63,143 bases of DNA from an uncultured Bacteroidales bacterium (GTDB lineage: Bacteria > Bacteroidota > Bacteroidia > Bacteroidales > JAIOZK01). The stretch spans positions 1 to 63,143 of the forward strand of contig CAZJYD010000009.1 in assembly GCA_964550205.1 (NCBI GenBank), given 5' to 3'. The notes under the pieces were generated by a model. The model did not search any database. It was not told the origin of the DNA and saw only the letters and a list, made by a program, of their open reading frames with translations. The translations under genes and the position numbers were made by a program. Positions 41,993 through 50,608 of the stretch are shown here, piece after piece (the stretch's first letter is position 1; each line of letters opens with the position of its first letter).

Positions 41993-44110
41993 TTAAGAAG
42001 TTTCCAATGTTAATATTATAGATTCTCCACCCTTTATTATTTGTCCTTGTTTTATCGATTGTTTTATTACTGTTCCTTTGCCTTGTATCTGTGTTCTTAA
42101 TCCCAGGTTTTCCAAAATAAATATTGCATCCTTAGCACTCATTCCTGTTACATTTGGTACAACATCTTGTTTAATAAACCTCGAAGCAAGTTTGATACTA
42201 TCGTTGTCGGGAAGTAACACAGACCACTTCGAATCGACATTAAAAGTGTCGGCAGGTAATCTGCATTCTTTAATAATTGATTTGATTTCTTTTGTGCTGC
42301 CGGCTAAATAATAGGGATAACTGCTTAAATATTCCCTGTTATCATCTTTCATAGGAATATCAAGTTGTTTAGCATATACCTTATCGGCAATATCTTTAAA
42401 AACAGGTGCTGCAACAGTCGAACCATAATAAAAGCCTTTGGATGGTTGATTTACTACGACTATACATGAATACTTGGGATCGTCTGCAGGAAAATACCCA
42501 ACAAACAAAGCATTATAATTGTCTTTATCATATCCACTGTTTTTATTTGCTATTTGTGCTGTACCCGTTTTGCCTGCAATTTTGTAAATGCTGTTATTTA
42601 ATCTTCTTGCTGTTCCTCTTTCAACAACACCCTCAAGCAAGCTTTTTAAAGTGTCAATGGTTTTTTCTGAACAAATTGAGTTATTAATAACCACCTTCTT
42701 GAATTGTTGGATTGTTTTACCAGCATCCTTTATCTGTTTTACAAACATTGGTTTAACCATACTGCCATTGTTGGCTATTGCATTATAAAAGGTAAGTATG
42801 TGAATCGGGGTTAATTTACTCTCATAACCAATCGACATCCATGGTAATGTGGTGCCGTACCATGTTTTTAGGTCTTTAGGATGTTTTATGAGAGGCTTGC
42901 CTTCACCTGGTATTTCAATATTAAGCGGTTCATTTAAACCAATTTTATTAAAATGGTTAGTAAATGTTTCCGGATCATCCTTATAGGCTTCATATATGGT
43001 TTTTGAAATTCCTACATTGGATGATTTTTCGAATGCCTCCCTTACTGTGATCTTACCATCCCTTATTTGATGTACATCTCTTAATACCCGATCATAATAT
43101 ACAACTTGTCCTTTTCCAATATCAATAGTATCATTAAGATTTACTTTGTTATCTTCCATCAGGCAGAGCATTGAAGCCAGTTTGAATGTGGAACCGGGTT
43201 CTATACTTTCTGCAATAGCATAATTGTATACTTCTTCGTATCTATCATTTACCGAATCGTACCTTAGATTTGCTATAGCTTTGATCTGACCTGTTTTTAC
43301 TTCCATCAGAACTGCACATCCCTGGTAGGCTTCATGTTCTTTAAGATGTTCAAGCAGCGAATACTCTGCAACATCCTGAATGTCAGTATTTATAGTTGTT
43401 ATTATATCTTTTCCGTTCTCCGGTTCAATTTCGTTTTTGTCATTTACGGGTATCCAATTACCACTATTGACTTTTCTCATTAGCCGTTTACCATCCGTTC
43501 CGGATAAAACATTGGAATAGGCTCCCTCCAGACCTACGAAAATATTTTCACTCTTGTTTTCATAACCAATGGTTCTATTTGCTAATAATTTAAAAGGCGT
43601 AATACGTTTGGATTTTGCAATGATGATAAGACCACCACGGTATTTTCCTAATCTGAGAATTGGAAACTTCTTTACTTTTTTTAATTGATTATATGTGATA
43701 TTTCTTTTTAACAGATAGTACCTGTTTCCATTGTTTCTTGCATTTCTGATTTCTCTTTTATATTGATATGCTGACTTATTCCTAAATAATACGGAAAGAC
43801 AAAGGGTAAGAGAGTCGAGTTTTTCATTGAAAAATTCATCTGATATATGCTCAGAATCCACATCCATCCGTATATCAAAAATAGGAATGGAGGTAGCTAT
43901 TAAATTGCCATCTTCTGCATAGATATTACCTCGTATTGCCTTACTGGTGAAATATTTTAATTTTTTCTCCTGGGTTTCCTTTAATAATTCGCGGCCTTCG
44001 CCTAATTGAATGTAAATTATTTTGAATATAATTATTAGTGCAAATAATAATACCATTATATAAATAAAGCGTACCCGTTTTAATATGTAGCTTTTTCTCT
44101 TTTCCATCAT
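41993..44110 (-). CDS. ftsI: Class B penicillin-binding protein (FtsI/PBP3) with PASTA domain
   Basis: EPGSTFK (SxxK), SSN, KTGT; C-terminal VPNVTGM PASTA. Confidence 0.92.
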   Translation of the reverse strand: MMEKRKSYILKRVRFIYIMVLLFALIIIFKIIYIQLGEGRELLKETQEKKLKYFTSKAIRGNIYAEDGNLIATSIPIFDIRMDVDSEHISDEFFNEKLDSLTLCLSVLFRNKSAYQYKREIRNARNNGNRYYLLKRNITYNQLKKVKKFPILRLGKYRGGLIIIAKSKRITPFKLLANRTIGYENKSENIFVGLEGAYSNVLSGTDGKRLMRKVNSGNWIPVNDKNEIEPENGKDIITTINTDIQDVAEYSLLEHLKEHEAYQGCAVLMEVKTGQIKAIANLRYDSVNDRYEEVYNYAIAESIEPGSTFKLASMLCLMEDNKVNLNDTIDIGKGQVVYYDRVLRDVHQIRDGKITVREAFEKSSNVGISKTIYEAYKDDPETFTNHFNKIGLNEPLNIEIPGEGKPLIKHPKDLKTWYGTTLPWMSIGYESKLTPIHILTFYNAIANNGSMVKPMFVKQIKDAGKTIQQFKKVVINNSICSEKTIDTLKSLLEGVVERGTARRLNNSIYKIAGKTGTAQIANKNSGYDKDNYNALFVGYFPADDPKYSCIVVVNQPSKGFYYGSTVAAPVFKDIADKVYAKQLDIPMKDDNREYLSSYPYYLAGSTKEIKSIIKECRLPADTFNVDSKWSVLLPDNDSIKLASRFIKQDVVPNVTGMSAKDAIFILENLGLRTQIQGKGTVIKQSIKQGQIIKGGESIILTLETS

Positions 44111-44496
44111 TTATTGATTTCATTATCAGTAACCAATTTTCTCGGAGAAATCCTTGATTCTTTTAAATCTTTGATGTTTAGTTTTTTTACTAATTGCGAT
44201 TGGTTGCTTAAAAACATCAGTTCTGATTTTGTTGATATATATTCATATCGTAATTCTTTAAGTTCATGGCGGTAATGCTCGATTTTTCTTTTTTTCCGCT
44301 CTGCCATGTAGATATTTGAAATGTAAATTATAGCCAGAAAGGCAAGAAACAATATAAAGGGTACCCATTTCAGCTCCCTGTCTCTTTTCAGGAAAGTCCC
44401 TCCCAAAATATTATGAACAGATGCTTCTATTTTACCGTCGTGATCCTTCGCCTTCAGACGGTTTGATTTGTATTTTTTGCTATCATTATTCTTCAT
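44107..44496 (-). CDS. ftsL: FtsL-like cell division protein
   Basis: Single TM plus coiled coil between rsmH and ftsI. Confidence 0.8.
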   Translation of the reverse strand: MKNNDSKKYKSNRLKAKDHDGKIEASVHNILGGTFLKRDRELKWVPFILFLAFLAIIYISNIYMAERKKRKIEHYRHELKELRYEYISTKSELMFLSNQSQLVKKLNIKDLKESRISPRKLVTDNEINK

Positions 44497-44497
44497 A

Positions 44498-45412
44498 TTA
44501 AATTTTTTCTGCTATTCTTAATTTTGCGCTTCTTGCCCTGTTATTTTTTATTATTTCTTCCTCACCAGGAACTATTGGTTTTAAGCCTATGGGTTTTATT
44601 GATAGTTGAGGATTTCCAAAGAAGTCTTTTTCAAATTTTCCTTCAGTATTTCCGGTTTTAAAAAAGTTTTTTACTAATCTGTCTTCAAGGGAGTGATAAG
44701 AGATAACAACAATTCTTCCACCGGTTTTAAGTACATCCAATGATTTCTCCAACAGTATTTTTAGTGATTCCAATTCATTATTGACCTCAATCCTTATGGC
44801 TTGAAATACCTTTGCCAGGTATTTATTCAGATTGGATTTTCTGCAGCAGTTTTTTATTATCTCGATAAGAAGTCCGGTAGTAATTATCGGTGTAGTTTTT
44901 CTTGCCTGTATTATTTGCCTGGCAAGTTCCAGAGAGTTTTTAACCTCACCGTATTTTGAGAATATCCTGTTCAGATCATTTTCCGAATAATTGTTTAATA
45001 CTTGTTTACCTGTTAAGGGATTTCTTTTATCCATTCTCATATCTATAGTTGCATCATAGCGTGTTGAGAATCCTCTTTCCGGTACATCATATTGATGTGA
45101 TGAAACGCCAAGGTCAGCAAGTATTCCATCAACAGGTATTGCTTTATACAATTTCAGGAAGTTCTTGATGAATCTGTAGTTTGCATTCACAAAAATTAGC
45201 CTTTTATCATCAGGAATATTTTGTTTTGCATCCTGATCCTGATCAAACGCAATGAGAGTACCGTTTTTTAATTTTTTCAATATTTCCATAGAATGGCTTC
45301 CTCCACCAAAAGTTGCATCTACATAAATACCATCAGGATTGATGTCAAGTGCTTCAATGCTTTCTTTTAGCAAAACAGGTTTATGATATGTCTGTTTTCT
45401 GCTCATCTTCAT
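44498..45412 (-). CDS. rsmH: 16S rRNA m4C1402 methyltransferase
   Basis: HKPVLL, DATFGGGSHS, DLGVSSHQ, FQAIRIEVN, SYHSLEDR, RSAKLR. Confidence 0.97.
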   Translation of the reverse strand: MKMSRKQTYHKPVLLKESIEALDINPDGIYVDATFGGGSHSMEILKKLKNGTLIAFDQDQDAKQNIPDDKRLIFVNANYRFIKNFLKLYKAIPVDGILADLGVSSHQYDVPERGFSTRYDATIDMRMDKRNPLTGKQVLNNYSENDLNRIFSKYGEVKNSLELARQIIQARKTTPIITTGLLIEIIKNCCRKSNLNKYLAKVFQAIRIEVNNELESLKILLEKSLDVLKTGGRIVVISYHSLEDRLVKNFFKTGNTEGKFEKDFFGNPQLSIKPIGLKPIVPGEEEIIKNNRARSAKLRIAEKI

Positions 45413-45857
45413 CTTTTCCCATTACTTGTTGAGTTAACTTAGAAAAATCATCAGGTTGATATTCAACAGTTTTTTCATATTCTTCTTTATCCCAGATCTC
45501 AATTCTGTCAACCATTGATGCCAGGACTATATCTTTTTTAATTGATCCGAAGTTTATCAGCGCTTTTGGAATTTGTACCCTTCCGGTACCATCAAGCTCG
45601 ATTAATTTTGTTCCTTCCATGAATTTCCTGATAAATTCATTATTCTGCTTTACATACCGGTTAAGTTTATTTATCTTTGTACATTCAACATTCCAAACAG
45701 ACATGGGGTATAATTCGAGACATTTATCAAAAACGCCTCTTTTAATAACAAAGCCTTTTTTCAATTCGTCCTTAAGCTGGTTTTTGAAAGAAGATGGAAA
45801 CAAAAACCTGCCTTTGAAATCTACTTTGCATTCCTGTGTCCCGATTAGGTTAATCAT
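45381..45857 (-). CDS. mraZ: Transcriptional regulator MraZ
   Basis: Two DxxGR motifs (DFKGR, DGTGR), IEIWD; ATG at 45857 preferred. Confidence 0.95.
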   Translation of the reverse strand: MINLIGTQECKVDFKGRFLFPSSFKNQLKDELKKGFVIKRGVFDKCLELYPMSVWNVECTKINKLNRYVKQNNEFIRKFMEGTKLIELDGTGRVQIPKALINFGSIKKDIVLASMVDRIEIWDKEEYEKTVEYQPDDFSKLTQQVMGKDEDEQKTDIS

Positions 45858-45894
45858 GTTATTATGATTTATGGTGTAAATATAGTAATAAAAT

Positions 45895-45923
45895 TCCCAC
45901 TTCCTACCACTTTTTACCACTTT
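45895..45923 (-). promoter_or_regulatory. MraZ operator: three GTGG boxes at 10-bp period
   Basis: Minus strand AAAGTGGTAAAAAGTGGTAGGAAGTGGGA upstream of mraZ. Confidence 0.8.
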
Positions 45924-46113
45924 GTTGATAAATTGTTACAATTATTCTTTGTAAGAATGAAAATGATTTTTTTAATAGACTTGTTGTTAGGGTATTATAT
46001 CAGTACAAATCGGAATAATATTTTTCAACAATAATCTAATATTAAGTGAAATTTATGTGACTTTATAATAATTATTTATTTAATTCGCTTATAATAAAGA
46101 TAATTCTAAACTG

Positions 46114-47004
46114 ATGGAAAGGTTGGAAAGAAATAATGTTGAGATCACAGAAAACTTTATTGATATAGATGGGATATTCAAAAAGAAAAATCCAAAGTTT
46201 CATAAATTTATTCCCCGTTTCTTCATCAATTTTCTAAAGCGTTTGATACATGAAGATGAGATTAATCAGGCAATTTACAGAAACAGGAATAAATGGGGTT
46301 TGGATTTTGTTGAGGCTATACTTAATGAGTTTCAGGCTAATATAAGATATAAAAACATAAATAACCTGCCCGAAACCGACCGTTGCCTGATAGCATCCAA
46401 TCATCCGTTAGGAGGCCTGGACGGTATGGCACTGATGCATGTGGCAGGTGAAAGAAGGAAAGATATTATTTTTCCCGTTAATGATTTACTGATGAATCTT
46501 CCAAACCTGAAAGAGTTGTTCATTCCTATAAACAAACATGGAAGTAATGTTGAAAACATCAGGATTTTCAATGAAACATTTGAGTCTGATAAAACGATAT
46601 TGTATTTTCCGGCGGGACTGGTTTCGAGAAAACAAAAAAAAGGTGTTGTAAAAGATATTCCATGGAGAAAAACATTTCTTTCAAAAGCGAAAAGAACAGG
46701 CAGGCATATAATACCTGTTTTTATCAACGGAAGGAATTCCGGATTCTTTTACAATTTTGCAAGATGGAGAAAGCAGCTAGGTATAAAAGCCAATATTGAA
46801 ATGGTATTGTTGGTTGATGAGATGTATAAGCAAAAAAATAAAGACATAAATATAATTTTTGGAAAAAAGATACCAATTGATTATTTTGACAAGAGGAATA
46901 AAGACAGTGATTGGGCTTTATTGCTTCAGCAGTATGTTTATTATTTGGGTAAGACAAAGGGTGAGTGTGAGCCCTTTGAAATTTGGTATGATAAGGTTAA
47001 TTAA
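46114..47004 (+). CDS. glsA: PlsC-type O-acyltransferase (GlsA/OlsA-like, amino-acid lipid synthesis)
   Basis: NHPLGGLDG (HX4D), FPAGLVSR; paired with an N-acyltransferase divergent from mraZ, as in Bacteroides. Confidence 0.7.
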   Translation: MERLERNNVEITENFIDIDGIFKKKNPKFHKFIPRFFINFLKRLIHEDEINQAIYRNRNKWGLDFVEAILNEFQANIRYKNINNLPETDRCLIASNHPLGGLDGMALMHVAGERRKDIIFPVNDLLMNLPNLKELFIPINKHGSNVENIRIFNETFESDKTILYFPAGLVSRKQKKGVVKDIPWRKTFLSKAKRTGRHIIPVFINGRNSGFFYNFARWRKQLGIKANIEMVLLVDEMYKQKNKDINIIFGKKIPIDYFDKRNKDSDWALLLQQYVYYLGKTKGECEPFEIWYDKVN

Positions 47005-47010
47005 TTAAAA

Positions 47011-47946
47011 ATGTTTTTTATGGAAACCATAATTAATCCTGTAGATCGTGAATTATTAGAAAAGGAGTTAAATGAAGACTATTTCGTCAGGGATACTAAT
47101 AATGGCGGTAATAAGATTTATATTTTTAATGCAAACCAATGTCCCTATGCTATGAAAGAGGTAGGCAGACTCAGGGAAATAACTTTCCGTGATGCCGGAG
47201 GTGGAACAGGAAAAGCCTGTGATATTGATGATTTTGATACATCAGAAATACCTTTCATGCAGCTTATTGTATGGAGTCCTGATGATCATGAGATTACAGG
47301 TGGATATCGTTTTATTCACGGAAAGGATATACTGAAAAAAAATAAGGATAAAGTGAATTCCCCAACCGCCAAGCTTTTTGAATTTTCGGAAACTTTTATC
47401 AAAGATTATCTGCCAAATTCTATTGAACTGGGAAGATCATTTGTTCAACCTAATTATCAACCTACTTACAATATAAGAAAAGGTATGTATTCACTTGACA
47501 ATTTATGGGATGGCCTTGGAGCTATAGTTATTGATAATGAAGATGTTGAATATCTTTTTGGAAAGGTGACTATGTATGCACATTATGACAGACTGGCAAG
47601 AGACCTTATTCTTTATTTTATCAATAAACATTTTCCTGATGAAAAAGGATTGATGAAACCTCATAAACCACTTAAGATTGAAACTGATAGGAAAATTTTA
47701 CGCAATATATTTACAGGATATAATTATGAAGAGAATTATAAGATATTAAATAATCAGGTAAGAAGGCTTAATGAAGGAATACCGCCTTTGGTTAATGCTT
47801 ATATGAACCTATCATCAACAATGAGGACATTCGGCACTGCTCTGAATAAAAATTTCGGTAATGTTGAAGAAACAGGAATTATGATGACGATCAAGGATAT
47901 ATATGAATTTAAAAAGAACCGGCATATTTCTACCTATAAAAAGTAA
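47011..47946 (+). CDS. glsB: GNAT N-acyltransferase (GlsB/OlsB-like)
   Basis: EVGRLREITFR, GGYR, ELGRSFV, LDNLWDGLG, IPPLVNAYM; start may be 47020. Confidence 0.72.
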   Translation: MFFMETIINPVDRELLEKELNEDYFVRDTNNGGNKIYIFNANQCPYAMKEVGRLREITFRDAGGGTGKACDIDDFDTSEIPFMQLIVWSPDDHEITGGYRFIHGKDILKKNKDKVNSPTAKLFEFSETFIKDYLPNSIELGRSFVQPNYQPTYNIRKGMYSLDNLWDGLGAIVIDNEDVEYLFGKVTMYAHYDRLARDLILYFINKHFPDEKGLMKPHKPLKIETDRKILRNIFTGYNYEENYKILNNQVRRLNEGIPPLVNAYMNLSSTMRTFGTALNKNFGNVEETGIMMTIKDIYEFKKNRHISTYKK

Positions 47947-47948
47947 TC

Positions 47949-48563
47949 GTGAAAAACATAATTATTAAAAGTGTAAAATTTGCCGGTAGTTGTGTTAACC
48001 TTCAGGAATGTCCGAAACCAGTATTTCCGGAATATGCATTTGTCGGGCGATCGAACGTTGGAAAATCATCATTAATTAATATGATTACCAACAGAAAGAA
48101 AATTGCCAGGATTTCCAATTCACCCGGGAAAACAAGATGTATAAATCATTACCTAATTAATGAACAATGGTATATGGTTGATCTGCCAGGATATGGTTTT
48201 GCAAAGGTTTCAATGAAGGAGAGGGAATCATGGAGAAAAATAATTAACCAATATATTAGAGGAAGAAAAAATTTATTATGTACTTTTCTTCTGATCGATT
48301 CACGTCATACCTTACAAAAATCCGATGATGATTTCATTAAATGGTTGGGAACGGAACAAATTCCATTCATATTACTTTTCACCAAAGCGGATAAAATTAA
48401 GTATAAACATTTGCAAAAAAATATTGATACTTATAAATCAGCTCTGAGTGAGAGTTGGGATGAATTGCCGGAATATATTCTCACATCAGCAGTGACGAAA
48501 TTAGGCAGGAAAGAAATTTTGGAATTTATTGAAAAAACAAACCGGATATTTAATAAAAAATAA
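47949..48563 (+). CDS. yihA: Ribosome biogenesis GTPase YihA/YsxC
   Basis: GRSNVGKSS, PGKT, DLPGYG, TKADK. Confidence 0.96.
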   Translation: MKNIIIKSVKFAGSCVNLQECPKPVFPEYAFVGRSNVGKSSLINMITNRKKIARISNSPGKTRCINHYLINEQWYMVDLPGYGFAKVSMKERESWRKIINQYIRGRKNLLCTFLLIDSRHTLQKSDDDFIKWLGTEQIPFILLFTKADKIKYKHLQKNIDTYKSALSESWDELPEYILTSAVTKLGRKEILEFIEKTNRIFNKK

Positions 48564-48567
48564 AAAG

Positions 48568-48894
48568 CTACTCCAATTCTATCAATAGCTGATTTTTAGC
48601 TACAGTATCTCCTTTCTTTACATTTATTTTTGTTATTTTCCCATCAACGGGCGAAACAATATTATTTCTCATTTTCATAGCTTCGAGTACCAGGAGCACA
48701 TCACCTTCTTTAACTCTTGAGCCCTTTCTGATATGGATTTTTGTTATTGTACCGGGAATGAAAGCATAAACCTTATTTAATTCCAGTGGTTTATACTTTT
48801 TCCTGTTAATGAATTTTTTTGTCAGATAGGTTTTATATTGTGCAAAATCGACATTAAGTTTTTGCAATTCTTTATCCTCATATACTTCAGTCAT
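48568..48894 (-). CDS. Biotin carboxyl carrier protein
   Basis: EAMKM biotinylation motif. Confidence 0.92.
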   Translation of the reverse strand: MTEVYEDKELQKLNVDFAQYKTYLTKKFINRKKYKPLELNKVYAFIPGTITKIHIRKGSRVKEGDVLLVLEAMKMRNNIVSPVDGKITKINVKKGDTVAKNQLLIELE

Positions 48895-48906
48895 AATAAT
48901 CAATTT

Positions 48907-50454
48907 TTAAAATGGGGGTATACCGTGTTTTTTCTTTTGTATTATTTGAGATTTGTTTTTTGAAACTTCAAGGGCATGTATTATACGGTTGCGTGTTTCA
49001 CCAGGTTCTATAACGGCATCTATATAACCACAGGCAGCAGCAACATACGGATTGGCAAATTTTTTCTTGTATTCTGCAATTTTTTGTTTACGTGTTTTAT
49101 CAGGATCTTTTGCGTTTTGAATTTCTTTTCTGAAAATAATATTGGCTGCTCCTTCAGGACCCATGACAGCTATTTCGGCTGTAGGCCAGGCAAAGACAAA
49201 ATCAGCCCTAAGATGATGTGAACACATTGCAATATAACCTCCGCCGTAGGCTTTTCTGAGAATTACGGTGATTTTAGGTACGGTTGCTTCTGAATAGGCA
49301 TAAAGCAATTTTGCTCCGTGGCGTATCACTCCTGCGTGTTCCTGGTCAACTCCAGGAAGATATCCCGGGAGATCAACAAGGGTTACAATTGGTATGTTAA
49401 ACGAATCGCAATACCTGACAAATCTTGCTCCTTTATCAGATGAATCAACATCAAGAACCCCCGCCAATACTAATGGTTGATTGGCGACAAATCCTATGGT
49501 TTCGCCGTTGATTCTGCCAAATCCTATAATTATATTGGCAGCAAAACGTTCCTGAACTTCAAAAAATTCGGAATCATCACAAACAGCCTTTATAATATTT
49601 CTGATATCATATGGTTCTTTCAGATCTGCAGGAATTATTGTGTTTATGTTATATTTCCTTTTTTTGGGCGGTTTCTTTGGGAAGGGATCGGCTTTTTTGG
49701 TATTATTCCATGGTATATAAGTTATCAGTTGTTTAAGCTGGTCGAAACACTCCTGTTCGCTTTCCGAGTAAAATTGAGCATTACCTGTGATTTCCGAATG
49801 CACACGAGCTCCGCCAAGTTCTTCCATAGTGATCTTTTCTCCTAAAACCGTATTTATAACTTCCGGTCCGGTAATAAACATTTTTGAAATCTTGTTTACA
49901 ACAAATACAAAGTCCGTGAGAGCTGGAGAATAAACTGCTCCTCCGGCGCATGGTCCAAGAATTACGGATATCTGCGGTATTACTCCTGATGCCTGTGTAT
50001 TGCGAAAAAATATTTCTCCGTAGCCTGCAAGTGAATTAACCCCTTCCTGAATTCTGGCACCTCCTGAATCATTAATACCGATAATTGGTATTTTTAGCCT
50101 GAGGGCATGATCCATGATCTTGGTAATTTTTTTTGCATGCATCTGGCCAAGTGAACCTCCGGCAACTGTGAAGTCCTGTGCATAAATGCATACAGGATGT
50201 CCGCTGATCATTCCTGTTCCCGTAATTACACCATCGCCGGGAAGGTACTTTTTATCCATGCCGAAATCCTTGGCTGCATGCTCCACAAAGAGGTCATATT
50301 CGTGGAAGGTATTGGGATCAAGCAGGGCAATAATCCTTTCCCTGGCCGTGAGCTTACCTATAGCTTTTTGCTTATTGATAGCAAGAGTGCCTCCTCCCTG
50401 AAGAGCATCCCGCATCCTTTTTTTAAGATCGGTCGACCTTGTTTGTATAGACAT
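48907..50454 (-). CDS. Acyl-CoA carboxylase/decarboxylase carboxyltransferase subunit (PccB/MmdA-like)
   Basis: GKLTARERI, DSGGARIQEG, GPCAGGAVYSP, RKAYGG, KKHGIPP. Confidence 0.93.
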   Translation of the reverse strand: MSIQTRSTDLKKRMRDALQGGGTLAINKQKAIGKLTARERIIALLDPNTFHEYDLFVEHAAKDFGMDKKYLPGDGVITGTGMISGHPVCIYAQDFTVAGGSLGQMHAKKITKIMDHALRLKIPIIGINDSGGARIQEGVNSLAGYGEIFFRNTQASGVIPQISVILGPCAGGAVYSPALTDFVFVVNKISKMFITGPEVINTVLGEKITMEELGGARVHSEITGNAQFYSESEQECFDQLKQLITYIPWNNTKKADPFPKKPPKKRKYNINTIIPADLKEPYDIRNIIKAVCDDSEFFEVQERFAANIIIGFGRINGETIGFVANQPLVLAGVLDVDSSDKGARFVRYCDSFNIPIVTLVDLPGYLPGVDQEHAGVIRHGAKLLYAYSEATVPKITVILRKAYGGGYIAMCSHHLRADFVFAWPTAEIAVMGPEGAANIIFRKEIQNAKDPDKTRKQKIAEYKKKFANPYVAAACGYIDAVIEPGETRNRIIHALEVSKNKSQIIQKKKHGIPPF

Positions 50455-50608
50455 AATTTATTCTTTTTTCCGTATAAATGAAAATTTATTAACATGATGA
50501 AAACCGGTGATTATTAATATGTAAAATGCTGTTCGTCAGGCGATTGTTTTATCTTTCAATTTTTATCATGCTTTTGCAAAAATAAACAATTTTGAAACAA
50601 AGTAATTA

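Noticed and set aside
30481-45857. dcw cluster lacking murF and ddl
   Set aside because: Usual Bacteroidota arrangement
45858-45920. N-terminal extension of MraZ in the ORF track
   Set aside because: Overlaps the operator boxes and promoter region; ATG 45857 gives normal length
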